Below, piece after piece: positions 28,661-38,733 of a DNA stretch of 64,000 nucleotides. The notes below the pieces were generated by a model. The model was not told the origin of the DNA and made no database searches. It saw nothing but the letters and a program-made list of their open reading frames with translations. Location of the stretch: positions 288,001 through 352,000 of the forward strand of contig CAVXYC010000014.1 in NCBI GenBank assembly GCA_963765765.1. Direction: 5' to 3'. This stretch comes from an uncultured Chloroflexia bacterium. Lineage in GTDB: Bacteria; Chloroflexota; UBA6077; JACCZL01. The translations under genes were made by a program, and so were the position numbers. Within the stretch, counting starts at the first letter, position 1. Each line of letters begins with the position of its first letter.

Positions 28661-29164
28661 TTAAACGTTGAAACCGGGCGCTGGCTTATCGCCTAAGGCG
28701 TTGCGAATCTCGGTCTCTACTTCGTACGGGAGCGAGCACTGGTACACGTGGCCCTTGAATTGATGAATCGATGCGATGACGGCTTCGGTAACCGCGTTAT
28801 CAACCATCAGAAAGAGTGCTGATGTATTGGGCTGAAGCTCCGCGCTGACGTCTTTTACGAGACCATTGTCAACGCCCTGGCCCAGCATTCGCCCGACGAC
28901 TGCGCCACCCGCTGCTCCCGCGGCGATCCCGGCGACTGGGAACAGAAAGCTGACGGCAAGCCCCAGGATTCCGCCGACAGCGGCTCCGCCCTCTACGCCG
29001 CTATCGAGCTCTTTATTGTGATGGAGTTTGCCCTCGCTGTCCTTCTCCAGCACGGCTGTGTCGGTAAATTTGATCAGCCCTTCGTGCTCGAGGCCGCGAA
29101 GCCGTTCAAGTAGCTCGCCCGCGCTGGCCTGTTCGTCAAATGTGATGGCAATGAGATCGCTCAT
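28661..29164 (-). CDS. DUF1269 family membrane protein
   Basis: MSDLIAITF, D.AVL.KD..GK, glycine-zipper GAAVGGILG..GAAGGA, L.P.TSALF; RBS GGAGG. Confidence 0.9.
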   Translation of the reverse strand: MSDLIAITFDEQASAGELLERLRGLEHEGLIKFTDTAVLEKDSEGKLHHNKELDSGVEGGAAVGGILGLAVSFLFPVAGIAAGAAGGAVVGRMLGQGVDNGLVKDVSAELQPNTSALFLMVDNAVTEAVIASIHQFKGHVYQCSLPYEVETEIRNALGDKPAPGFNV

Positions 29165-29302
29165 CCTGGAGCCTCCAAATTAGCAGAGCCCATCGTTCGA
29201 CCTGCCGTGTCACTCATGAACATAGAGGAGATGCGCTCACCGCCACGCCCGCTGCGAGGCGACGCTAGGAATACCCTAAGTCGTCCAAAAAGGTATTCGA
29301 GA

Positions 29303-29338
29303 TGTCAACTGACACTCTCGCTTTGATGTCAGTCGGCA
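29303..29338. promoter_or_regulatory. Pair of TGnCA-N2-TGnCA operator-like palindromes upstream of DUF1269
   Basis: TGTCA-AC-TGACA (29303-29314) and TGTCA-GT-CGGCA (29327-29338); the motif recurs at several other intergenic sites. Confidence 0.55.
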
Positions 29339-30011
29339 CGTCGAGCAGAACGCCTCTCGCCGATGGAAGAGCTACCCGGCTCCGTCGTTGAGCCGCCGAG
29401 CACGCCGATGGATTGCTCAACTGAGTGTTTGGACTACGAAGGAATGTACCTAGAGTTACGGTGCTCCCTGGCATCGGGCCCGGTACTGCGGGGTGGAATT
29501 GCATCTGGCGCCACAGTCTCACTGCAGTGACGGACGCGTAGCGTGACTCCAGGCGGCGCTGGATACCCGAAGTAACGAACCTGCGGGAGGCGGACCCTGC
29601 CGAGACCGGGCAGGCAGCTGCGCCGTCGCCCACCGTACCGGGCGTCGCCCCACGATCCCCCGCGGTGTCGGCCCCGGTGCAAATCCCGCGTGGCGCGGGC
29701 TTCCCTGACGATCGCAGGTGCATGACCGCACGCCAATGAAGATGACATTGCCCGTTGGTGCGCGTTAGGGCGGTCGAGCGCCCGATTTCGAGGGCGAATG
29801 GAAGTGGCGTCGCTCCGGGCGCCTGATCAAAATGTCTTTTACTTCCACACCGCGTGCCGACAGCCCCCGAGGAGCTGTTCTAGGCCGCTTTTCGCTCAGT
29901 GGGCCAGGTCGCGCGAAATTTGGGCCGATCTTCAGCAGAGAACGTCGCTGCGCGAGTCATCCATTGCCCAATTCATAAGAGCGTAGCCGACTGGCATGGC
30001 CACCGGAGAAC

Positions 30012-30045
30012 AAAAACGGCCCCCGCGCAGGAGTCCGGGGGCCGT
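30012..30045 (-). terminator. Rho-independent terminator on the minus strand
   Basis: ACGGCCCCCG...CGGGGGCCGT stem with an A-run on the left (U-tail on the minus strand). Confidence 0.7.
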
Positions 30046-30118
30046 GTGTGAAGGGGTGCATCAGAGTCCGGAAACCCGTACGTCCCCGAGACGCGCCAGG
30101 CTCCTGGACCGCTATGCA

Positions 30119-30385
30119 CTAACGCTTCGTCGTTGCAGAACCCATGCCAGCCGCCTGCAGAGATGCTCCTCTGATCAGCCCGCGGTCAGCCCCTCGGATG
30201 TTTGGTCGACGATCCAAATCGATGAAGAGCGGCGTGGGTGCGGGCTCGTTGTCCGTGGCCAGGACGTAGGGCGTGGCGTTGAATACGATGCGCGTCCCGC
30301 CGGTGGTGTTCGGCAGCGCCCAGGCGACATTCTCCATATCGACCAGCACGGGGTTGCCGTCTCGTGTCACTTCTTTCAGCATCAA
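30119..30385 (-). CDS. Small hypothetical protein; C-terminus possibly frameshifted
   Basis: RBS GGGAG; beta-rich N-terminus GNPVLVDMENVAWALP..GGTRIVF. Confidence 0.55.
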   Translation of the reverse strand: MMLKEVTRDGNPVLVDMENVAWALPNTTGGTRIVFNATPYVLATDNEPAPTPLFIDLDRRPNIRGADRGLIRGASLQAAGMGSATTKR

Positions 30386-30479
30386 CGACTCCCTCTGTCA
30401 GTACACCGTCATCGCGACGAGCTCGGATGAGGCCGTGTTCCTGACCTATAGATCGCCGCTAAGAACATTTGGGACCGGG

Positions 30480-30740
30480 TCACTCTGGTGTGACTTCGTA
30501 GGTCTCGGAGAAGACCTCGGCCGTCACGAGACCAAATCGCCCACTCTCACCCTTCACAACCCAGTCGCCCTGATGGGCGCGCTCGCTGCCTCGTGATGTC
30601 CGGAGCGTCAGGTGTTGCCCCGACGCACTGCCGCGCACGTGCGGCCGAGCCCACTGCGTGATCTCTTCCTCACATCTGCGGCTACCATCCCACTGGATGG
30701 CATCGATCCGTACCGGCCGATTGCGATAGCTGCGAATCAT
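30480..30740 (-). CDS. Small protein resembling the phage-associated PGDYG-like family
   Basis: YRNRPVRIDAIQWDG, TLRTSRG...A.QGDWVVKG..G.F..V..EVF..TYE. Confidence 0.7.
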   Translation of the reverse strand: MIRSYRNRPVRIDAIQWDGSRRCEEEITQWARPHVRGSASGQHLTLRTSRGSERAHQGDWVVKGESGRFGLVTAEVFSETYEVTPE

Positions 30741-30826
30741 GCTGCGCTCCAATCCCGCTCTGCGATGTGCCCGCACGCCTTCGTCTCAGCGGTGAGACGG
30801 ATGCGCGGTCATCTGTGCTCCATTCA

Positions 30827-31018
30827 TCAACGCTGGGCGTACCGTGGTGAGGGCCCTTTTGCAACGCGAATGTCCTCGATTATTCTCGCACTGGCTCCGG
30901 TCAGTTCGGCACTCGTCGCTCGCAATGCTTGCGCTGTGCCGGACATCCGGCGCGACTCGTGACAGAGCTCGGCGCTTTTCTCCCTGATGTAGTGCATTCG
31001 TTCTAAATCGGGCTGCAT
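30827..31018 (-). CDS. Small helical hypothetical protein
   Basis: GGAG RBS; 63 aa with an amphipathic pattern. Confidence 0.45.
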   Translation of the reverse strand: MQPDLERMHYIREKSAELCHESRRMSGTAQALRATSAELTGASARIIEDIRVAKGPSPRYAQR

Positions 31019-31084
31019 CTAGAACACTCCAGCTTGCTCACCGCGCTCACGGCCAAGTTTCCTCCACTTCATCGGGAAGACGCC

Positions 31085-31882
31085 TCACTCATCGCTCCAC
31101 TCGGACCGATAGAGCCCGTGCTCCACGGCCCAGGTGGCCAGGCTCGCGCGGTTGGGCAGCTTGAGCCGGCGGTGAATGCCCTCCAGGTGGTTCGCCACCG
31201 TGCCCGGCACCAGCGTGAGCCGCTTGCCAATCTCCTCGTTGGTCAGGCCCGCCGCCACGAGAGCGGCCACCTCCTGCTGGCGACGGGTGAGTCGGGCGAC
31301 TTGCTGCCCCGCCTCGCGGCGCGCCCGCCGGGCGCTCTCGTGGCTGTACTCCTCCACCAGCTCCGCCCGGTGCACCAACAGGCCGATCCAGGCGCTGACC
31401 GCCTGGATGAAGCGCAGATCGCGCTCCGTGAACTTGTCCGTTTGCGGCGTCGCGACAGCCAACACGCCGCGTCGCTCACCAGCCACGTCCAGGCAGACAT
31501 CGATCTGGCTGCGGATGCCGAGCGCCTCCACCACCCCACGCGGTTGCGTCGGGTCCTGATCGGCATGACCGGTGACGTACGCCTCGCCCGTCTGGAAGAC
31601 GCGCGTGAGCGGCCCGGCGTTGGCCAACGGGAACACGTCCAGACCGAGGCCGTGCTGCGTGTGACCCAGGGGCGTGTCACTCGTGCCCAGTGCGACCAAA
31701 CTCTCCTTTTCGGCCTCGTAGAGGAACACATCCACCTTCTCGGCATCCACGGCCTCGCCGACCCAGGTCGACGCCTGATCCAGGGTCGGACGGATTTCGG
31801 GCGCGGTCAAGGCGAGAAGCCGCTCGAGGGTCTCCAGCAACCGATCGTCCAGAGATGAGAGGGAGTCCGAATTGCCGAGCAT
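31085..31882 (-). CDS. GAF-LuxR transcriptional regulator
   Basis: GAF (RVFQTGE, LGIRSQI.V.L.V.G.RRGVL, FTERDL.F) plus LTRRQQEVA..GLTNEEIG..GTVANH. Confidence 0.9.
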   Translation of the reverse strand: MLGNSDSLSSLDDRLLETLERLLALTAPEIRPTLDQASTWVGEAVDAEKVDVFLYEAEKESLVALGTSDTPLGHTQHGLGLDVFPLANAGPLTRVFQTGEAYVTGHADQDPTQPRGVVEALGIRSQIDVCLDVAGERRGVLAVATPQTDKFTERDLRFIQAVSAWIGLLVHRAELVEEYSHESARRARREAGQQVARLTRRQQEVAALVAAGLTNEEIGKRLTLVPGTVANHLEGIHRRLKLPNRASLATWAVEHGLYRSEWSDE

Positions 31883-32028
31883 GGCACTTACCTGCCGCGT
31901 ACTGGGCAGGTCTCGTCAGCAAGGACGAAAGAAGTGTTGCCGAGGCTGGTGTTGCCCCGAGTGCCAAGCCCGACGAGCGGGCCGGCGAAACATGCCCGGT
32001 GCAGAAGGATACCAGAAGGCCGGACCAG

Positions 32029-32299
32029 TCAGAGCGACCGAACCGCTTCCACCAGTCCCAGGAGCCGATAGCCGGCCTCGGCGAGCTCGCGGCGGCGAGA
32101 ATCGGGCATTGGCGTAAGCGGATGCGCGACATCCCAGTCGCGGACGTGCGCCATATCCGCCAGCGTGATCCGAACCAGCAGCTCCGCATCCATCATATGA
32201 GCCGCATCCACGGCCACCTCCGGGAGTCCCCGAAACGCTCCCCGACTGGAGCAAGCGATGCAGCTGGTCCGAGACTCTGTCCACCTCCAACCATTCCAT
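32029..32299 (-). CDS. Stand-alone ~90-aa 'domain X' protein, one extra G near 32241
   Basis: RBS GAGGTG; corrected product MEWLEVDRVSDQLHRLLQSGAFRGLPEVAVDAAHMMDAELLVRITLADMAH... aligns with the N-terminus of 33769-35088. Confidence 0.72.
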
Positions 32300-32532
32300 G
32301 GCACCACCTCGCGTCGTGTATGAGGAATGCCGCTGTCCTGCAGAGACCATGCCGCGCGGAGCCGCCGCCGCACCGATCAGGCCTTGACCCACGCGTTGGC
32401 TCCGTGTCGCCGAGCCTGTCTAGTCCCATGCTCCCGAGAGATGCGTATGGACTCGAACGAGTCACACCAACACCGATGAACAGGGCAGAAATCGCCACTC
32501 GACGATCCGGCACTCTTCGCCCCAGCCTCCGT

Positions 32533-33091
32533 GTCATCCTGAGAAGCGCCATGCGCCTCGGGCGCACCAACACGCCATGAACACCGACCGCTTTTTCGGG
32601 CAATCAGATTCAGTGCCATCCCGAGGGACGAGGGATCTCCCGGACGTCGGAGAACTTCGCGCTGGACGCGGTCGGATGGCTTCGAGAACAGTGGTCCGAT
32701 GTCCGAGAGATCCCTCGTCCCTCGGGATAACAGGTGGCCGGCAGGGCGAAACGAGCCCGGCGATAGTGTGTTCATGAGAGCCGCGGCGAAGGATCTCACC
32801 ATCGGTATCCTGGGCACCGGCGGGCAAGATCCTTCGCTGCGACTCAGGATGACACGGATGCGTGTGATTGAGGGACAAGCCGGCGAAGGGTGTTCACGAG
32901 AGGGCCGAGGTATCTGATGGACATCGGAGCACGCGTGATCCAGGTCGCCCCGCGGTGGCTTCGCTATCGGTGTCGTCGATGTCCGGGAGATGCCTCGTGC
33001 CTCGGCACGACACGGTCACTCGAATTGAGCATCGATGCCGCTATTCAGGGCGTGTCGATGCGCTCGAGCACATGGCCTTGGTCAGGATGAC
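32533..33091. repeat. Cluster of REP-like palindromic modules (GTCATCCTGAG...CTCAGGATGAC family)
   Basis: Bounded by GTCATCCTGA / TCAGGATGAC; internal hairpins CCCGAGGGACGAGGGATCTC..GAGATCCCTCGTCCCTCGGG and GCGAAGGATCT..AGATCCTTCGC. Confidence 0.85.
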
Positions 33092-33224
33092 CGCGAGACC
33101 AGCGGTGAGTCGGAGCCACCGGTGAATACTCCGGGGGAGTGGATACGAGGAGACCCTGATGGCGCTCCGGACTGAGCGATCTTCGTTGTCCGTATGTGTG
33201 ATGCTCGGAGCAGCCGCAGCATCA

Positions 33225-33497
33225 TCAATGGGGTCGCATCCCGCGCTCCATCATGGCCCACGCCGCCCGCTTCTGGAGCTTGGCGCTGGCCGCCTCGAAT
33301 CGGTGGGCTTTCTTCGGCGCCGCGCTGAAGGCCTGGACCGCGGCCTGACACACGCGGATCGCGCTCGCCAGTTGGTGGCGACGTTCATAGATGACCCGCA
33401 GTCGCTCGTAGGGGTGGATGGTGGTGAGCCCCGCCGCCACGTCCTGCTCGTACAGCTCGATCGCCGCGTCGACCTTTCCTTCGGCCTCGAGCTCCAT
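33225..33497 (-). CDS. Small TPR-like protein, possibly N-terminally frameshifted
   Basis: ELEAEGKVDAAIELYEQ..HPYERLRVIYE....AIRVC. Confidence 0.65.
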   Translation of the reverse strand: MELEAEGKVDAAIELYEQDVAAGLTTIHPYERLRVIYERRHQLASAIRVCQAAVQAFSAAPKKAHRFEAASAKLQKRAAWAMMERGMRPH

Positions 33498-33768
33498 CCC
33501 GCGGGCGCTGCGTCCGCGGCGCAGCTCGGGCAGCTCGGTTGGTCAGACGCCGAGCTCGCTGGCATGTGCCGCTGGGACGGTGCGGTCATGGTCCCAGAGT
33601 CAAGCACAACTCGCGCCGGAATCGGCGCCCAATGCTTATTGCGCGGGCGCATAGCGTAGCGTGGCCCTTCCAACGGTATGTTCCGATGGCGTCCCGAGAA
33701 CAACGGACAATTGCGCCCACTTCGTCGGACGCCAGCGTGATCCGGACTTCCGTGCCGCAACTGAGAAG

Positions 33769-35088
33769 CTACGCCTCCGGCGTCCGCCCGCTCCCTTCAC
33801 CATCGGACCCGTCCCCGTCGCTCGATGGCGCATCGCGCACCAGCCGTCGCAGCTCGCGGAGGTCCTGCATGGCGGCGTCCAGCGCCGCGCGCATCTCCGC
33901 ACCGGTCGCCGAGTCCGAGGGAAGCGCATCCATGACTCCGTGCGATCGCTCCAGATTGTCGGTCACCCGGTCGGCGAGCTGCCGGGCCGCGAAGATCATG
34001 CCATCCAGCCGCGCCTGCACCTCGCGGTCGGCCGCCCGCGCGGCATCCGCCTGCACCCGCTCGGTGATGTCCTGCGACGTCCCGATCAAGCGCTCCACAC
34101 GGCCGGTGGCATCGCGCACCACGGCGCCGCGGCCGTAAATCACGCGCTCATTGCCGTCGGGATGGACGATGCGAAATTCAGCAGCGTACGGCTCCCCCGT
34201 CTCGAGACTCCGCTGCCACAGCTCCATGACGCGTTCCCGATCATCGGGGTGGATCCGTGCCAGTTGCGTCGGACGACTCGGCACCCCCGCCTCCGGATCG
34301 AAACCGATGATGCGATACTGCTCGGCGGACCAGCTCAGCTGGTTGGTGACCACGTCCCACTCCCAGCTCCCGAGGTGGGCGATGCGCTGCGCCTCGTTGA
34401 GCTGGGCCTCGCTCCGGGCCAGCGCCTGCTCGGTGCGCATGAGGGCCGTGATGTCCGTCGCCGCGCCGGTCACGCCGATGATCGCGCCGCGTGCGTCGTA
34501 CAGCGGTTCGACCGTCAGGTCATAGTACGTGGGCGTGCCATGCAGGGTCGCGAGCATCGTTTCCCGGGTCCCCACGCCCGTATCCATGACGCGCCGCTTG
34601 ATGCCCTGGAGCCGCTCCAGCTCGTCCGGCCGGTAGAACGCCGCGTCCGTCGTGCCGATGACGCTCTCGGGCTCGAAATCCGGGTGCGGGTTGTAGACCC
34701 AGGTGTAGCGCAGCTCGGTGTCCTGACTGTAGACGACGATCGGCGATCGCTGGAGCGCCAGCTCGAACCGCTGGATGATGGAGCGGGAAGCCGCCTCGAC
34801 CGGCCGGGACTCGAGTTCACCGCCGTGCGCGCCGCGAAAGTGCTCCACTTCACGCAGGAAGGCGCGGAGCTGCGCGGTGAGGTGGTTCCACTGGTGCGGG
34901 CTGACGTGATCCCAGTACTCGCGTTCCGTCCAATGCTCGACATCGGCGAGCAGGATCCGGGCGACCACTTCCGCGTCGGGGAGAAACTTCCCCCCTTCAA
35001 CCGCGATCGGGCCCAGCCCGGCGAATTCGCCATGCTCAAGCCGTGCGTGAATCTCGTCCGTAAGCGCGATAACTTCCCCTGGCGGCAT
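33769..35088 (-). CDS. Domain X + PAS-PAS sensor with no enzymatic output domain
   Basis: RBS AAGGAG; SQDTELRYTWVYNP..IGTTD..DIT; AQRIAHLGSWEWD..IHPDDR..GTSQDIT; short helical tail without HATPase or HTH. Confidence 0.88.
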   Translation of the reverse strand: MPPGEVIALTDEIHARLEHGEFAGLGPIAVEGGKFLPDAEVVARILLADVEHWTEREYWDHVSPHQWNHLTAQLRAFLREVEHFRGAHGGELESRPVEAASRSIIQRFELALQRSPIVVYSQDTELRYTWVYNPHPDFEPESVIGTTDAAFYRPDELERLQGIKRRVMDTGVGTRETMLATLHGTPTYYDLTVEPLYDARGAIIGVTGAATDITALMRTEQALARSEAQLNEAQRIAHLGSWEWDVVTNQLSWSAEQYRIIGFDPEAGVPSRPTQLARIHPDDRERVMELWQRSLETGEPYAAEFRIVHPDGNERVIYGRGAVVRDATGRVERLIGTSQDITERVQADAARAADREVQARLDGMIFAARQLADRVTDNLERSHGVMDALPSDSATGAEMRAALDAAMQDLRELRRLVRDAPSSDGDGSDGEGSGRTPEA

Positions 35089-35257
35089 CGACAGCTCTCC
35101 TTCCGGTGCTCAGCCCAGCATGATCCAAAGCACTGCATAGCGAGATGCAATTTTATACATATCTCACGCGACACGTCCGGATACAGTGGGCGCCAATGCC
35201 ATCTCAATGCTCCCCACTAAGATTCCCCGCGACTATCTCCTCGAAGGCGCTTGTATT

Positions 35258-36065
35258 GTGAAGGATCCCGTCGAACCGACCGCCGAGGCGTCACGCCCGG
35301 CGAGCGACCTGTATGCGGCGCTCCGCGCCCTGGTGCCTCTTGATTCCACCGCGCCTCGCCAGACGGTGTGCGATGCGGCATCGGCGATCATCGTCGAGGC
35401 CGTGGCGCGCTGATGCGCTGGATATCTTCCTGTATGACGCTTCGTCCGCGAGCCTCATCACCGTCACTACGCCGCATTCCCGCATGAGTCGCCGGGAACG
35501 CGGGTTGGGTCTCGACCGCCTGCCGCTCCGGGCTGGAGGCCTGGCCGTCAGGGTATTCCGGAATGGCGGCAGCGGCCGCACCGGGCACCGAGATGCGGCG
35601 CCCGATGAGCGCCTGGACATAGCCACAGCCCTGGAGAGCCGGAGCGGCGTGCTCTGTCGGATGCAGGTGGGGGACCAGGTCTTCGGGGTCCTCGATGCTT
35701 CCTCGAGATCCCCGAATCAGTTCACGGCCGCGCACCTGGAGTTTCTGGAGGCCGCCGGGTGCGTGATGGGGACGTTCGTGAATTCGGCGGATGGTCCGGA
35801 GCCGCTCACCCAAGATGCCCGTCGTCGTGATCGGCGCAGCGCCGCGGGCTCCGGATCGCAGCTCAATGCTCGCGAGCGAGAGATCACCGCGCTGGTGACC
35901 AAAGGGCTGACGAATAAGCAAATCGCCGAGCGGCTCGGTCTCGGCCCCGGGACGGTGGCCAACCCCATGATCGACATCATGGGGAAGCTGGGCGTTGAAA
36001 GCCGACTCCTCATCGCGGTCTCCGCCGCCGAACATGGCGCAGACTCCCCGACAGAGAGCTGGTAG
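35258..36065 (+). CDS. GAF-LuxR regulator, paralog of 31085-31882, frameshift near 35405
   Basis: DIFLYD..SL..GLGLDRLPL..RVFRNG..TGH matches DVFLYE..SL..GLGLDVFPL..RVFQTG..TGH; LNAREREI..GLTNKQIA..PGTVAN. Confidence 0.85.
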
Positions 36066-36320
36066 CACCCAGTCAGGATCTACCCAGGGGCCGTCCCGGG
36101 GGAAGGCGCATCGGTACATCCGCAAGAGCCATGCATCTGACTCCCGGGCTCCGCCAAACGGCGGGACGGTGCTGGGGAGTATCAACGAAAGACCTAGAAT
36201 TGGCCCCGGACCTTATACAAACATTGTGTACAGGTGCGTCCGATACGGCCCGCCGAGTTGAGACTACAGGGAGCTCGATGCGCACCTCGTGCGAACCTGC
36301 TTCATTCGAATCTGTGCAGT

Positions 36321-37104
36321 GATGAATACTAAAGGTCGGGATCATGCCCGCCGCGGGCTGCTGAGCGGCTTCACGACAACGCCCAATACCCTACGCGAGA
36401 GGGTTATTAACTCGGGGGCCGTCTGGGCTGTACTCATGGCCATCTGGGCGGTGTGCGACTTCCTGATCGCTCGTTACCCGTCCGGCGGCCGCGAAATGCC
36501 ACCCGAAGGTGGTACGGCGCTCGTGATCTTCGCGGTGATGGGCTTGATCGCCATTGCCTGCGCCCAGCGGACCGGCTTCCCCGCCGCGTGGGACGCGCGC
36601 ATTCCCGCGACCAGTCGGTTGCTACTACCGCTCTCCGTAGGGATCGTTTTCGGTGTGGTGGCCGCCCTGATCGAGGTAGTCACTCGCTCGCTGCACATTC
36701 TCGAGTCAGTCTTCGGGCCGGCCAACGTGGCCTTCCCGGGATCGGTACCCGTCTCTATCGCCGGGGCGATCAAGTACGAGCTTATCTTCCTGATCTTCCC
36801 GGTCTCGGTGTTGCTGTGGCTGATCTCCGGGCTAGCGCTCCGCGGGCGCGGAGAGACGCGGACATTCTGGACGCTGGCGGCGCTGTCCGCGGCCATCGAG
36901 CCCTGCATCCAGGGTATTCCCCTGATGATTCTCAGCAACGGTGCCATTGGGCCCGCCGCCTTCGGCTCGTACGCGATTCACAGCTACGCCTTTAACTTCA
37001 CAGCCGGAGTGACCTATCGCCGCTACGGCTTGCTCGCACCCGTGCTCGTGCGCTTGGGCAACTACCTTATATGGCATGTCGTCTACGGGAACTTCTTCTT
37101 CTGA
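36321..37104 (+). CDS. Multi-pass membrane protein, distantly CPBP/Abi-like
   Basis: Seven or more hydrophobic segments; AIKYELIF, YRRYGLLAPVLVR..NYLIWH; canonical EExxxR motif absent; start uncertain. Confidence 0.65.
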
Positions 37105-37667
37105 GCACCAAGGCGGGTTTGCCGTCTCGTAGATGCCGTTATCGAGGCTCTACGATCTTCATCAGGTGCTCGCCTAATTACTGGCTCCACGGCGTCGGAG
37201 CGCGGTCAATAGAGACGAATGCTTGCCATTCACAAACTACGACGACACGTCCCATTTCTCGAGTTTGACATCCCCATTCTCGGAAGGGGCTCTTGCGAGC
37301 CGCGATGCCGAACGGCACCAGACTAAACATGCCAACCGGTATTCGGCCCATGAGAACCGCTGAGTGAGACTGCCATACGACAAACGCTCTCTTCCTGGAT
37401 GTGAAGGCAACGATGGCTCTGGAGAATCCCGTTCTGAATTCAACGTCATTCCAGCGAGCCTCCGAGAATGTCCGTCAGCCCTCTGGCACGGCGATGACGA
37501 CCCGGGCGACCTACTTGATCACCGCCGGCCTGTTGGTGCTACTTTTCGGGGCCGCCGCGTTGGGTCTGCTTGCATTGCTCCGCACTGAAAATCGATAGCG
37601 TGAGGTATTCCCAATGTGGACCAAGAGAGCGCGTCCGCGAGACGAGCGAGCTTAGATCGTCAGCTCA

Positions 37668-38183
37668 ATGCTGGCACTTATCATCGCGCTTTTGGGCTTC
37701 GCTCGCGGCCCTTCGTCGCAGCTTCGACGATCCTGAGCTTCGCGCGATCGCCGTGGTTGGCATCGGGATTCTCGCTCTCGGCACTGGCTTCTACGCGCGC
37801 GTTGAAGGCTGGAGTCTGTTCGACTCCCTTTACTACAGCGTAATAACCCTCGCGACGGTGGAATATGTGCTTTCACGCCGAAAACCGTGCTAGGAAAGTC
37901 GTTCACTATGCTCTATGTAGTGAGGGGCCTCAGCGTGCTCGCCGCCTTTGCGCACAACATTGCACGCGGCGCATTTCGGGGACGCGGCGCATTTCGGGGC
38001 GTCTTCTCCGTCGTGGACGGTCATCTATTACTCGAAATGGCCACGCTCGTTCGAATGCACGTGTTCGGCGGAGCCGGCGTCACGCCAGACAGCCTAGAGC
38101 TTGAGTACGCTGGTGCGGCTCAGCGGATGACTCAGGTACGCATGCGCCGATTTGGTCAACGTTCCAGGGAGCGCCAGGCGTAG
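37668..38183 (+). pseudogene. Two-TM potassium channel (Ion_trans_2) gene with indels at the selectivity filter
   Basis: GTGFYARVEGWSLFDSLYYSVITLATV then damaged GYGD (GTG GAA TAT GTG C), resuming FTPKTVLGKSFTMLYVV in another frame. Confidence 0.75.
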
Positions 38184-38215
38184 AGCTCATGCTGGATGCT
38201 CCGAGCGCTCTGTAA

Positions 38216-38458
38216 TTAAATGGGCGGCCAGAAGTAGGGCGGCAGATAGTTCATTGTGCGCATGGCCACAAGGATCATGCCGCCCCCGAGAACCAGGAAC
38301 ATCACCGCGAAGATAGCGACTACTACCCAGGTCGATACATGCTCATCCGATCGTGCGTGGTCCAGAGAAGACGCCGGCTCCACGCTGACTGAACCCGGCC
38401 TGGGAATCGGCTTCGCTGGGCTTATGGTTCTTGCCGGCGCTTCCTGTGTGAGTGTCAT
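38216..38458 (-). CDS. Small single-TM protein
   Basis: AGAGG RBS; TM segment WVVVAIFAVMFLVLGGGMILVAM. Confidence 0.6.
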   Translation of the reverse strand: MTLTQEAPARTISPAKPIPRPGSVSVEPASSLDHARSDEHVSTWVVVAIFAVMFLVLGGGMILVAMRTMNYLPPYFWPPI

Positions 38459-38505
38459 GTTCGGAGGCCTCTTTCTGCCCTGTGGGTTCGACTTATCTCT
38501 GTAAC

Positions 38506-38733
38506 TCAGCCAACTTGACTCGAACTAGCAGCGCGCGTCGTATCAGCGCTGACGGAACAGGGTTGATCGTCGGGATAGACCCTGCTGATACGGAGCCAGC
38601 GTAGAAACGCCAATCGCTGCGCGGTGGCCTGCTCGAAGCCGTACTGGCGCACCGCGACCTCAACCCAGTACCGCGGATTTGATTCAGTGCTCTGGGAACG
38701 GTCTGCCGATGGCCAGTTACTGCGTATGTTCAT
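38506..38733 (-). CDS. Small hypothetical protein with a GF...RLxFLRWL motif
   Basis: GGAG RBS; YGFEQATAQRLAFLRWLR. Confidence 0.6.
   Translation of the reverse strand: MNIRSNWPSADRSQSTESNPRYWVEVAVRQYGFEQATAQRLAFLRWLRISRVYPDDQPCSVSADTTRAASSSQVG

Noticed and set aside
30119-31018. Prophage suggested by the PGDYG-like gene and small ORFs
   Set aside because: No structural, replication, lysis or integrase genes nearby.
32377-33125. ORFs across the repeat cluster sharing peptide text with 44128-44493 (RHDTVTRIEHRCRYSGRV)
   Set aside because: The similarity comes from the non-coding inverted repeat, not from a protein family.
33661-35220. 519-aa plus-strand ORF and similar long antisense ORFs (11534-12442, 31034-31858, 9701-10462)
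   Set aside because: Shadow ORFs opposite well-supported genes in high-GC DNA, with no recognisable motifs.
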